NCBI GenBank assembly: GCA_026936335.1
Contig: JAPMXV010000072.1
Location: forward strand, 186,001-250,000
Direction: 5' to 3'
Length of the DNA stretch: 64,000 bases
Source of the DNA: Mantamonas sphyraenae STR306
Taxonomy: Eukaryota > Protista > CRuMs
In this document: piece after piece, positions 42,370 through 53,728 of the stretch
How positions within the stretch are numbered: position 1 is the stretch's first letter
Layout: every line of letters starts with the position of its first letter
Made by a program: the position numbers and the translations under genes
Notes under the pieces: generated by a model
Told to the model about the DNA's origin: nothing
Database searches by the model: none
Seen by the model: the letters and a program-made list of their open reading frames with translations, nothing else

Positions 42370-44083
42370 ATGAGCTCACAGGAGATTGTTGATTGGGGTG
42401 TCCTGCTGCAAAGTGGGGACCATGAACGCATTTGCAGTCAATTGAACGCAATGGGAGAGGTTTGTTTTCCTGAGGGACCGGGAGAGCGTGATGGGACGCG
42501 TCCTGACACATGGTGAACAGGGACTGAGCCTGTTTGGAAAGAAGCTGGGAGGAAGACAACAAGCAGCGGCTCTGGCAAAGGCGTTGAGCGGGAACAAGAG
42601 CTTGCACACGTTGAATCTGTACAACAACTGCATCGACGACGAGGGAGCAGAAGCAGTCGCAGAGGCTTTGAGAAGGAACCGCAGCTTGCAGAGCTTGAAT
42701 ATGGGTCACAATCGAATTTGCGACGGAGGTGCAGCTGCTCTGGGGCAGGCACTGAGTGAAAACTTCACCTTGAAGGTGCTGTGTCTGCAAAACAACAACA
42801 TCACTGGCTTTGGGGCAGCAGCTCTGGCAAAGGGATTGAGCGGGAACAAGAGCTTGCAGACCGTGAACTTGAGCAGCAACGGAATTGGCTCAGAAGGAGC
42901 AGTGGCCTTGGCCAAGGCTCTAGGTGAGGGTGATATGTTGCAGACACTGTCTCTCTGTAGTAATAGCATTGGTGCAGAAGGGGCCGCAGCTCTGGCAAAG
43001 GCGTTGGCAGTGAGCAAGAGCCTGCGGAAGTTGATCCTGTACACAAACGGCATTGGTGCGGAAGGAGCAGCAGCACTGGGACAGGCATTGGCAAAGAACT
43101 GCAGCTTGACGATGATGGATGTTGGGAGCAACAACATCGGTGCGCAAGGGGCAATCGCTCTCTTGCAAGGAGCGGGCAAGAACCGCAGCTTGACTCGACT
43201 CGACTTGTGGAGCAACAACGTCGAATCAGAGGGAGCCACGGCACTGGCCAAGGCATTAGCCCAGAACAGCAGCTTGCAGATGGTGGACTTTTGCGATAAC
43301 AACATTGGCGACAAAGGAGCAGCAGCACTCGGGGAGGAGCTCGTCAAGAACAGCAGTTTGCAGAGCCTGAACTTAGGATACAACGGCATTGGGGCCGAAG
43401 GAGCAGCTTCACTGGCGCAGGCACTGTGTATGAACAGCTGCTTGCAGACCCTCTTTCTCAACGGCAACGGGATTGCCGATGAAGGAGCAGCCGCAGTTGC
43501 GCAAGCACTGAGTGAGAACAGCAGCTTGCAGACACTGAACCTGGGCGGGAATAACATTGGATACACAGGTTTGGCGGCACTGGCGAAAGCGATGGAGGGC
43601 AATCGATCGTGCTGGAGCTTGCGAGAAATCGGCAGCGACGCAATTGCGTTGTGCACTCGGAGGAACAAGGAGAAACACAGGGAGTTTGTGGAGTGTGGGG
43701 ATGTGAAGAAGATGCGAGAGTTGAGGGAGTGGGGCGTGCCACTGGACACGTCTGCGGGGGAGCGAGAGAGGACGGCGATGGAGAGAGCCGTGCAGCGAGG
43801 GGATGACGGGATTGTGGTGGAGTTGCGGGCGTGGGGTGCGAGGCCGAGGATGGAAACGGTGGAGATGGTGAGGGAGGAAGGGTGGAGGAAGGCGTGGCAT
43901 TGGATTGGGTGGTGTGGGCAGGTGGATGAGGCGATGGAGGTGGCGTTGGTGATGAATGGGGAGGAGAGGGAGGTGATGTTTGAGTGTGGTGGGATGGAGG
44001 GGTACGAACCGACTGCACAGTGGATGACACTGCCAGATGAGGTGATGGAGAGGGTGGTGCAGTGGGTGGGGAGGGGAGGGTGA
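42370..44083 (+). CDS. LRR(12)-ANK-F-box-like protein, copy B; intron 42460-42520
   Basis: Near-identical to copy A. Confidence 0.85.
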
Positions 44084-44279
44084 GAGGGGGGAAGCGCTGT
44101 GGGGAGCAAGGCATCCAACAACCGTCACATTCCAACAGGAATTCGAATGTAGGTAGAGTGAAGCTGGATAGAGAACGTGCGGGATGGGGAGCGTGGCTGC
44201 AGAAGGGGAAGAATGAGAAAAGTCTGCATTCGCGCTTCGCGCTCACCCAATTTTCGACACAACGCGCAAACAAAGGACA

Positions 44280-46080
44280 ATGAGCTCTCTCGAGGTTGAT
44301 GACTGGGTGGCTTTGTTGCAGAACGGGGATCTTGACCAGATTTGTAGTGCACTGGAGGCAGAGGGGGAGGTTGGTTGGAACGAGTGGGTGGATTGCGGGC
44401 CAGCAAACGGCGTGTGCGCTGACACTCGGGGCACAGACGTTGGGAATTTGTGACAAGGGGATAGGAGACAAAGAGGCAATGGCGCTGGCCAAGGCGCTGG
44501 GGAAGAACAGCAGCTTGAAGAGTCTGGACCTCCACAGCAACAGCATCGGGGCAGAAGGCGCAGCAGCGTTGGCGCAGGGACTGGCCGAGAACGGGAGCTT
44601 GCGGGAGCTGAACCTCAGACACAACAACATCAGAGCAGGAGGAGCAGCAGCACTGGCACAGGCACTGAGTGAAAAGAACAGCTTGCAGACGCTGGACCTC
44701 AGACACAACCGCATCGGGAACGAAGGAGCAGGATATCTTGGGCAAGCACTGAGTGGGAACACGAGCTTGCACACTCTGATTCTCTGGGACAACAGCATCG
44801 GGGCAGGAGGAGCAGCAGCGCTGGCGCAGGGACTGGCCGAGAACGGGAGCTTGCGGGAGCTGGACCTCGTGAACAACAATATCGGGGACGACGGAGCAGC
44901 AACACTTGCGCAAGCACTGAGTGGGAACACATCCTTGCGGACACTGAACCTCTGGAACAACAGCATCGGGGCAGGAGGCGCAGCAGCGATGGCGCAGGCA
45001 CTGGCCAAGAATGGCAGCTTGCGGGCACTGAACCTCGTCAGCAACACCATCGGAGATGAAGGAGCAGCAGCACTTGCGCAAGCACTGAGTGGGAACACGA
45101 GCTTGCAGAAACTGGACATCTGGGACAACGACATCGGGGACGAAGGAGCAGCAGCACTGGCGCAAGCACTCGGTGCGAACACGAGCTTGCACACTCTGAA
45201 CCTACCCGGAAACAGCATTGAAGCAGAAGGCGCAGCAGCGCTGGCGCAGGGACTGGCCAAGAACGGCAGCTTGCGGGAGCTGAACCTCATGAACAACAAT
45301 ATCGGGGACGAAGGAGCAGCAGCAGTTGCGCAAGCACTGAGTGAGAACAATGGCTTGCAGAGACTGGGCCTCAGCATCAACAGCATTGAGGCAGAAGGCG
45401 CAGCAGCGCTGGCGCAGGGACTGGCCAAGAACGGCAGCTTGCGGGCACTGAACCTCGTGAACAACAATTTCGGGGACGAAGGAGCAGCAGCATTTGCGCA
45501 AACACTGAGTGTGAACACGAGCTTGCAAGTGCTGGACCTCCGCTTCAACAACATTGAGGCAGAAGGGGCAGCAGCTCTGGCCACGGCAATGGAAGGCAAC
45601 CGAGCTTGCTGGGAGATCAGAGGTGTCAGCGACGAAGCACTGGAATTGATCTTGAAGAGGAACAAGGAGCAGCATGTGGAGTTTGTGGAGTGTGGGGATG
45701 TGGAAAAGATGCAGGAGTTGATGGAGTGGGGGGTGCCTTTGGACACGTTTGCGGGAGAGCGAGAGGAGACTGCGCTGAAGCGAGCTGTGCAGCAAGGAGA
45801 TGAGGGGATTGTGGAGGTGTTGCGGGCGTGGGGTGCGAAGCCGAGGTTGAGAACAGTGGAGATGGTGAGGGAGGGAGGATGGAGGAGGGAGTGGCATTGG
45901 ATTGGGTGGGGTGCGGAGGTGGACGAGGCGATGGAGGTTGCGCTGGTGATGAATGGAGAGGAGAGGGAGGCGATGCTTGTGTCTGGAGGGATGGATGCGT
46001 ATGAACCGACTGCGCAGTGGATGACACTGCCAGGAGAGGTGATGGAGAGGGTGGTTGGGTGGGTGGGGAGGGGAGGGTGA
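44280..46080 (+). CDS. LRR(13)-ANK-F-box-like protein, copy C; intron 44370-44436
   Basis: Same 90-nt exon 1 (MSSLEVDDWVALLQNGD) and same intron position; tail WMTLPGEVMERVV. Confidence 0.85.
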
Positions 46081-46121
46081 GAGAGGGAGAGGGTGGCGAA
46101 TGCCAGCCCAAACGAAAAAGC

Positions 46122-49100
46122 ATGAGATCCCAACTCCATGCCCTCCTCCACAAGAATCAACTCCTCTTGACACGGAGACGCGCATTCATCGTGTCTCTCG
46201 TGCTGGCCCCGACGATCTTTCTCTCGATGCTTGTCCTCCTGCAACACTCGCTGCTCCTCGCGTCCACGCAACCGCAGCCCTTTGCACGCAACCCTCCCTC
46301 GTTGTCCCTGCGCAACTCAACTTCTCTGCGCTGTGTGGTCATCAATTCTCTCCTGCGCCACGATGCGAACGCGCCTTGCGTTGCCTTGGCTTTCACGCCA
46401 CAAACACCCTTTTCCGACGCCGTCGTTGCGCATATCCGCTCCTCGTACGGTCTCTTGAAAAATGAGACGCTGTCGTTCGACACGCCAGAGTCAATGGCCA
46501 TGCATATTGCGCTGCGCCCAGGCCATGTCGGCCTTGCCCTCACGCTGAACGCCACCGTGCAGGACGAAATTTCGTACGAAATCTGGTCAAACAACACGGC
46601 ATCGTTCTACGCGGCACAACTGGGTCTGGATCGCGTGCTAGAGACGTACTCACTGGACGGACAGGCTATGTTGCTAGATCTAGCGGTGCAGGAGGCTCTG
46701 ATTGCGCAGCACACGCCGGTGCGTCTGCACACAAACATTCAGGCGTTTCCCCAGCTCATCTCCAACGGGATCCAGCAAACACAGCAGTTACTGTCCGATT
46801 ACGGGGCCTTGGTCTTGTTGGCCGGCTGTATGATTTTGTATGTGGCCATTGTCAACGTCGTGGCGGACGAAAAGGCGCGTGGAATGCTTGGCCTGATGCG
46901 CAGCATGAACCTGCATGAAAGTGTCTACTGGCTGTCGTGGTTTGTCGCCCTTGTGCCTGTGGCCCTGTTGACGGCGGTTGCCCTTGTGGGGGCGGGACAC
47001 GCCATGGATGTGCCCCTTTTCACCCGCTCAGATCCCTGGGTGTTGCTGACGCTGTTTGCGTTGTTTCTGTTGTCCACCATTCCGTTTGCCTTTGTGGCAA
47101 CCAACATGCGCACCGTGCGCGGGGCAAACGTGTGTGCGCTGAGCATGGTGGGTGTGGGCGTTGTGTTGCAGGTCTATGTGCAGGCGGCGCCCCAGCTTCT
47201 GAGTGCCGGCATGCTTGCCATCAACACGTTCTACGACCCTGTCAACGCCACCATCCTGATGCGCATCGTGACGGCTCTGCTGCCACAGTTCCATCTTATT
47301 CGAGTGCTGGAAGACATCCGTCTGCAGGTTGCGGACAAGGTGGTGTACAGCACCGCCCTGAAGAAGCAGACGGTGATTCCTGGCGGGCGCTATGTGTGGG
47401 CTGACCTGTGGAAGGAGAGGACTCAAGCGTCGTGCTGCACGCTGAGCGACGGGCTGCGGCCTTCACCGTACACGTACGTTGTTCCGCCCGCGGAGGAGTC
47501 GCTTTGGCTGCTCGTGCTGGACGTTTGCCTCTACCTGATTTTGGCATGGTATCTGGGCATGGTGGTTGACTCGGGAGACGGAACGGCTCGCCCGTGGTAC
47601 CTGTGGCGTCGGGAGCGTCGATCTGACGAGACGCCTGTGGCGGGCGACTTGAGAGCAGCAAACATGGTTCGCAGCCGCCAGGAAGGGAGCATTCGCGTGC
47701 ACAAGCTGAGCAAGTCGTTCAAGAGCGTTTCCGCGGTGCGTGAGGTGACGCTCGAGATGGCGCGTGGAGAGGTGTTCTGTCTGTTGGGGCAAAACGGGGC
47801 CGGCAAGACGACCATCATCAAAATGTTGACGGGCATGGAAAAGATCAGCCACGGCTACGCACATCTGTTGGGACTGGACGTCGGGCGAGACGTGGGCAGA
47901 GTGCGAGGCCTGATTGGCATATGCCCGCAGGGCGATGTCCTGTGGAACGAACTCACCGCAGAGGAACATTTGCTGATCTTTGCTCGCTTCCGCGACGTTG
48001 AGGCCACGTGGGGTGCTGAACGCATGCGTGAGGCGCTCGAAAAGACGGGACTGTTGGAGGATGCCGGTGTGGCTGTGGGCAACTTTAGCGGTGGCATGAA
48101 ACGACGAATGTGTGTGGCCATGGCTGTGGTGGGCGATCCCGCCGTGGTGTTCCTGGACGAACCGACGGCTGGGCTGGATCCGTTGTCACGGCGCCAGCTG
48201 TGGGCATATGTACAGGAGCTGAAGGCGGAGCGAATTGTGTGTCTGACCACGCACTACCTGGAGGAGGCGGAGCTGCTGGGCGATCGGGTTGGAATTCTGT
48301 CGCAGGGGAGGCTCTGTGCACTGGGATCGCCGTCATTGTTGAAGTCTGTGTATGGGGGAGGTTTCCACGCAAAACTGCTGTGCGAAGCAGACCGAGCTGC
48401 CGAAGTCGAGAGGCTTGTGAAGCGGTTCCTGCCGTTTGCTGAGATTCTGGACCAGAGCGCAGGCAGTTTTTCTGTGTCGATTCCTGCTGGTGAGGCGGGC
48501 CAGGTACGTCGTCTGCTGCTGACGCTGGAAGAGGCCGGCGAGGCGAGTGCGGTGAAGGAGTGGGACGTCAGCACAACGACGCTGGAAGAGGTTTTCCTGC
48601 GTGTGGCGCGGCTGGAGCAAACCGTGAACCGTAACGATGGGGATCGAGGGAATGTGTGTGCGGTGTGTGGCGAGAGGCCCGCAGGGCGTGTGATGCTGTT
48701 TACGCGGAGCGGGAGCGCCGTGCGCACAGAAGGGCTTGTGTGCACGACGTGTGCGGAGGAGGAGGAAAGGGATGAGGAGGAGCAAGGCGATGGGGTGGAA
48801 GAGGAAGACACGAGGACGGAGGAGGAGGAGGAGGCTGCTTTCCTCGGGCGGGACAGCGAGGCGTTTTCAACGGACCACTTGTTTGCCAAACAAGTGCGAG
48901 CGCTGTGCATCAAGAACGCACAAGTGAAGCGCCGGGGTAACCGATGGGTGCTCGGGTGTCAGTTGCTGTTGCCTGTGCTTGTGGTGGTTGTGTCTGTGTT
49001 GATCCAGCGGGATTTGTACCGGACGGCCTCGTTCACAGGGGCGAACTGTGATTTTGGCAGCGAGTACCGCACGTCTTGTACGCCGGATGCGTTTGTGGAT

Positions 49101-51503
49101 GTACTGTTGAAGAAGGTGGTGGGGAGGTCGACGGCCATGGGATTCTGGGACAAGAGTCCACCGCCCTCTGGCTGGCACCGGGAAACACCGCCAGCAGTGG
49201 GACCTGCCTGGGACCAGTACATGGCACCATATGTCCAATCGCTCTACTTTTACGAGAATGCGACGGCGCAGGACCTTTCACACACGGTGCGAATGGAAGT
49301 TCAGGACGCGAGCACGTCTGGGCAGTGGGCAATGCTGGATCCGCTTCTCCCTCGCGTCCACTCTAGCCGGAACGACATGTCTTGGCGCTTCACGGATTGG
49401 TACCTGAAGACGACGCTGCCAGAGGTGAGTGTGGTGAGTTCGATGGCAGACGTGGAGCGGAAGATTTGGGAAGCACAAGAGGAATACGCAGCTGGAGCGG
49501 ATACCTGGTCCCAGGATGTCGGGTACCTCGGAAGCATTCGCAAGATGAGGCATGCGTTTCCGGGAGTGGGACTTGAGGTGCACGAGTGTGGTGCGGACTG
49601 TTTGAACGTGACGATCAAGACGTACTACCAGTCATTGTACTCGGGCAACCGGACGTGGGAAAATGCACGTTGGCGACTGGGAGGTTTGCAGTTGGATCCT
49701 GTGCAGAAGATGCAACCGACACAGGCGCACCTTGTGGTGCAGCAGGCTGTGTCTTGTGCATTTGGGCGGCTGGTGACTGGTCATCGATGGCTGAACATAA
49801 CCTCGTCACACAAGAGCATGCCGGGGGTCGGGTCCGAGTTTCGGCGGTCTGTGGACAAGGCAGTGCTGACGATTGCCAACCTGCTGGTGGGGCTTGGGTC
49901 GTTGAGTTTGGTGGCGACGCTTGTGGCGGGGCTGGTGAATGAGCACGAAGGCGGCCAGGTGTTGCTGATGCGCATGATGGGGATGGACATGCGCGCGCAC
50001 TGGGTCGCGACGATGGTGTCGATGGTTGTGCAGCAGATGGCAAATGGGTCTGCCATTCTTGTGCTCGGGGCGCTGTTGGACATGCGATCGATGAGCAAAG
50101 GTGGCGAGGTTGCCGCTGTGCTGTTTGTGTGGGCGTACGTGCAAGCGTGCATGTGCATGTGGCTTGCGCTGTGGTTCAAGAGGCAGCAGACGGCGATGCT
50201 GGTGACACTCGCGTTTGTGGTGCTGTCGCTTGCGCTGGGGTCTGTGATCAACGCCGCGTTCGAGTCGATGCCGCTCTGGTTGGGCATTGTGCCAACGCTT
50301 GGCTTTTTGCGTGCGCTGAACCTGGCAATGGGTGGATTGCCTGCGCGAGACGACGAGACGGTGGGCGCTGTGCTGGCGGTGCTTGTGGCTGTGGGAAGCG
50401 CACTGTTGGCGTGGGCCATGTTCCTGGAGCGAGAGCGCGTGAAGCGTGGGCCACGGTGGTGGCAGGCGTGGTGGGGATGGCGTTTGCGTGGCGAGACAGC
50501 GTACAGCGCGATGGAGATGGATGAGATGTGGGAGGGGAGCGGTGCAGTGGAGGCGCGCGGCTTGGGCAAGGTGTTTCCAGGCAGCCAGCGTGCTGCACTG
50601 GTGGATGTGGACTTGAGTGTGCGGGAGAGCGAGTGCCTGGGACTGCTGGGACCCAACGGAGCGGGCAAGAGCACGCTGATCAACATCCTGACAGGCGCAA
50701 TCGAAGCGAGTAGCGGAGTGGCCCGGGTGGGCGGGGCGGATGTGAAGAGCGAGACCGCACGGGTGCACCAACTGTTGGGCGTATGCCCTCAGTTTAACGT
50801 GTTGTGGGATAATTTGACCACAGAAGACCACTTGCTGTTGTTTGCACGGCTGAAGGGTGTCTCGAGCCGTTTTGAGAGCGCAGTGGCGCAGACGGTGTCC
50901 GCAGCGACGTTCCTGGATGGCGACCCGTACGGGCAGCGGAGCAAGGAGCTGAGCGGGGGAACGCAGCGGCGGCTGTGTCTAGCGATGGCACTGGTGTCGG
51001 ACCCGCCGGTGCTGTTTCTGGACGAACCGACCACCGGATGCGACCCGCTGAGCCGCAAGCTTGTGTGGCGCGTGATTGCCAAGGCCAGGGCGGGTAGGAG
51101 CATCGTGTTGACGACGCATTCGATGGAAGAGGCGGATGCCCTGTGCACAAAGATTGGCATTGTGGTGCGCGGACGGCTGCAGTGCGTAGGAACGCCCGTG
51201 CAGCTGAAGCGTGAATGGGGAGGCGGGCACGTGGTGTCGTTGCGGGCGCAGGATGTGGAGCAGGCGCGCGCGTATGTACGCGAGGCGCTGCCTGCGGCTG
51301 TGTTGCGCAGGGAGACGGCGGATGGTGTGTTGGAGTGGGTGATTCCCAGCGGGGAATGTGAAGCTTCCAAGCTGTTTGCGGTGTTTGGGGACATGGGCGA
51401 GGGCGGCGGGGGCGGAGGCGGAGGCATGGGGTGGACGCTGGGACACAGCAACTTGGAGGATGTGTTTGCGCGGGTTGTGGAGGACGCGGGGGAGAGTGAA
51501 TGA
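46122..51503 (+). CDS. Full-length ABCA-subfamily transporter
   Basis: Two TMD-NBD halves; LLGQNGAGKT/FSGGMKRR/LDEPTAGLDP and LLGPNGAGKS/LSGGTQRR/LDEPTTG; TTLEEVF and SNLEDVF. Confidence 0.95.
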   Translation: MRSQLHALLHKNQLLLTRRRAFIVSLVLAPTIFLSMLVLLQHSLLLASTQPQPFARNPPSLSLRNSTSLRCVVINSLLRHDANAPCVALAFTPQTPFSDAVVAHIRSSYGLLKNETLSFDTPESMAMHIALRPGHVGLALTLNATVQDEISYEIWSNNTASFYAAQLGLDRVLETYSLDGQAMLLDLAVQEALIAQHTPVRLHTNIQAFPQLISNGIQQTQQLLSDYGALVLLAGCMILYVAIVNVVADEKARGMLGLMRSMNLHESVYWLSWFVALVPVALLTAVALVGAGHAMDVPLFTRSDPWVLLTLFALFLLSTIPFAFVATNMRTVRGANVCALSMVGVGVVLQVYVQAAPQLLSAGMLAINTFYDPVNATILMRIVTALLPQFHLIRVLEDIRLQVADKVVYSTALKKQTVIPGGRYVWADLWKERTQASCCTLSDGLRPSPYTYVVPPAEESLWLLVLDVCLYLILAWYLGMVVDSGDGTARPWYLWRRERRSDETPVAGDLRAANMVRSRQEGSIRVHKLSKSFKSVSAVREVTLEMARGEVFCLLGQNGAGKTTIIKMLTGMEKISHGYAHLLGLDVGRDVGRVRGLIGICPQGDVLWNELTAEEHLLIFARFRDVEATWGAERMREALEKTGLLEDAGVAVGNFSGGMKRRMCVAMAVVGDPAVVFLDEPTAGLDPLSRRQLWAYVQELKAERIVCLTTHYLEEAELLGDRVGILSQGRLCALGSPSLLKSVYGGGFHAKLLCEADRAAEVERLVKRFLPFAEILDQSAGSFSVSIPAGEAGQVRRLLLTLEEAGEASAVKEWDVSTTTLEEVFLRVARLEQTVNRNDGDRGNVCAVCGERPAGRVMLFTRSGSAVRTEGLVCTTCAEEEERDEEEQGDGVEEEDTRTEEEEEAAFLGRDSEAFSTDHLFAKQVRALCIKNAQVKRRGNRWVLGCQLLLPVLVVVVSVLIQRDLYRTASFTGANCDFGSEYRTSCTPDAFVDVLLKKVVGRSTAMGFWDKSPPPSGWHRETPPAVGPAWDQYMAPYVQSLYFYENATAQDLSHTVRMEVQDASTSGQWAMLDPLLPRVHSSRNDMSWRFTDWYLKTTLPEVSVVSSMADVERKIWEAQEEYAAGADTWSQDVGYLGSIRKMRHAFPGVGLEVHECGADCLNVTIKTYYQSLYSGNRTWENARWRLGGLQLDPVQKMQPTQAHLVVQQAVSCAFGRLVTGHRWLNITSSHKSMPGVGSEFRRSVDKAVLTIANLLVGLGSLSLVATLVAGLVNEHEGGQVLLMRMMGMDMRAHWVATMVSMVVQQMANGSAILVLGALLDMRSMSKGGEVAAVLFVWAYVQACMCMWLALWFKRQQTAMLVTLAFVVLSLALGSVINAAFESMPLWLGIVPTLGFLRALNLAMGGLPARDDETVGAVLAVLVAVGSALLAWAMFLERERVKRGPRWWQAWWGWRLRGETAYSAMEMDEMWEGSGAVEARGLGKVFPGSQRAALVDVDLSVRESECLGLLGPNGAGKSTLINILTGAIEASSGVARVGGADVKSETARVHQLLGVCPQFNVLWDNLTTEDHLLLFARLKGVSSRFESAVAQTVSAATFLDGDPYGQRSKELSGGTQRRLCLAMALVSDPPVLFLDEPTTGCDPLSRKLVWRVIAKARAGRSIVLTTHSMEEADALCTKIGIVVRGRLQCVGTPVQLKREWGGGHVVSLRAQDVEQARAYVREALPAAVLRRETADGVLEWVIPSGECEASKLFAVFGDMGEGGGGGGGGMGWTLGHSNLEDVFARVVEDAGESE

Positions 51504-51699
51504 AGCGATCGGTGGTGGGTGCGTGAGTGCATCCAGGGTTTTGGGGATACACACAGTACAGAACATTTACAGGGTAGGGAAGGGTGGGGGTGGGGTGGGC
51601 TTCGAGACCTTGCGTGTGTGTGGGTGAGGGGAGGGAGGGGGGAAGTTGGGATGAGTGTCGCGCAGAGTTGCTGACTCACGGCAAATGGCAGCCGTGGAT

Positions 51700-53711
51700 A
51701 TGCGCCTAGACAAGTACGAATGGGCGAGAGTGTTGCAGAGTGGGGACCACGGGCGCATTGTGGATGCTTTGGAGGCTCAAGGAAGGGTGAGTTGGCGTGG
51801 GAGGGAATGGGTGAGGTTGCAAGGAGAGGGAGGGGGAGGAGGGATGGTGCAGGGTGGGGAGGACATGCGTTGACACGGTACACACAGGAGTTGGACCTCG
51901 TTTGTTTGGAGCTGGGAGGCAAGGAAGCGGTAGCTCTGGCCAAGGCGCTGGCTGGGAACGCCAGCTTGCAGAAACTGGACCTCAACCACAACAGCATCGG
52001 GGCAGAAGGAGCTGTAGCACTGGCCAGAGTGCTGGCAGAGAACACAAGCTTGCACAGACTGTCCCTCGATGACAACGGCATCGGTGCAGAAGGAGCAGCA
52101 GCACTTGTGCAGGGACTGGGTGGGAACCGCAGCTTGCAGACACTGAACCTCGGCTTGAACGACCTTGGTGCAGAAGGAGCAGCAGCACTGGCGCAGGGAC
52201 TGGGTGGGAACCGCAGCTTGCAGGTACTGGGCGTTCAGAACAACAACATCGGGGCAGAAGGCGCAGCTGCGCTGGCGCAGGCTCTGAGTATGAATTCCAG
52301 CTTGCAGAAACTGAACCTCGGAGGCAACAGCATCGGGGAGGAAGGAGTAGCAGCAGTGGCGCTGGGATTGAGTGAGAACAGCAGCTTGCAGACAGTGGAT
52401 CTCGGCTTGAACAGCGTCGGTGAAGAGGGTGCAGCAGCACTGGCGCAGGTTCTGAGAGAGAACAGCACCTTGCGGGAGCTGAATCTCGGCTTGAACAGCG
52501 TCGGTGAAGAAGGTGCAGAAGCAATTGCGCAGGGACTGAGCAGGAACTGCAGCTTGCAGACGCTGGGTCTCCAGAACAACAACATTGGGACACAAGGAGC
52601 AGCAGCGTTGGGGAGGGCGTTGTGCGAGAACTGTGGCTTGCAGACACTGAAGCTCGGTGGCAACAGGATCGATGCAAAAGGAGCAACCGCACTGGCGCGG
52701 GGACTGATTGAGAACAGCAGCTTGCAGACGCTGATCCTCTGCGCCAACAGAATCGCGGAGAAAGGAGCAGCAGCACTGGCGCAGGGGCTGGGAGAAAACA
52801 ATAGGTTGCAGACGCTGGACCTCAGCCGCAACAATGTCGGGAACAAGGGAGCGGCAAAACTGGCCATGGGCCTGTACAAGAACAGTAGCTTGCAGAAACT
52901 GGACCTTGTTGGCAACAGCATCGGAGCAGAAGGAGCAGCAGCGCTGGCGCAGGCTCTGGGAGAGAACAAGAGTTTGCAGGCACTTTATCTCGCCTACAAC
53001 AGAATCGGGGATGAGGGAACAGTAGAACTGGCGCAGGCACTGGATGAGGCAAGCAGCTTGCAGACATTGGACCTCTGCAAGAACTCCGTCGGGGCGGAAG
53101 GAGCAGCGGCACTGGCAAAGGCACTGAGGACGAGCAGCAACCTGCAGACACTGAACATAAGCTCCAACAGCATCAGGGCAGATGGTTTGGCAGCATTGGT
53201 GCAGGCCATGGGAAGCAATCGTTCGTGCTGGAAGGTTGAGGGCGTTTACAGTGACTTGGTGCAGTTGCTGGTGGAGAAAAACATGGAGAAGCATGTGGAG
53301 TTTGTGGAGTGTGGGGATGTGGAGAAGATGAGAGAGTTGAGGGAGTGGGGGGTGCCTGTGGATACGTTTGCAGGGGATGGAGGGGAGGAGACTGCGTTGG
53401 AGCGAGCCGTGCAGCGAAGGGATGAGGGGATTGTGGAGGTGTTGCGGGGGTGGGGTGTGAAGCAGAGGGTTGAAACGGTGGAGATGGTGAGGGAGGAAGG
53501 GTGGAGGAAGGCGTGGCATTGGATTGGGTGGGGTGGACAGGTGGATGAGGCGATGGAGGTGGCGTTGGTGATGAATGGGGAGGAGAGGGAGGTGATGTTT
53601 GAGTGTGGAGGGATGGAGGCGTATGTGGAGGAGGGAGGGTGGGAAGGGTGGGTGACACTGCCGGATGAGGTGATGGAGAGGGTGGTGGAGTGGGTGGGGA
53701 GGGGAGGGTGA
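51700..53711 (+). CDS. LRR(15)-ANK-F-box-like protein, copy D; intron 51787-51887
   Basis: Exon 1 WARVLQSGDH is homologous to copies A-C; same intron position; tail WVTLPDEVMERVV. Confidence 0.85.
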
Positions 53712-53728
53712 CAGAATGAAGGTGTGGT

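Larger units (their letters stand above)
40200..44083 (+). repeat. Recent tandem segmental duplication, 1839-nt period (boundaries approximate)
   Basis: ORFs and the intergenic sequence recur with offset 1839 (40489/42328, 40649/42488). Confidence 0.93.

Noticed and set aside
33356-53711. Prokaryotic operon or bacterial contaminant
   Set aside because: Spliceosomal introns restore conserved motifs, and gene content (ABCA, RI-type LRR, neighbouring DMAP1) is eukaryotic.
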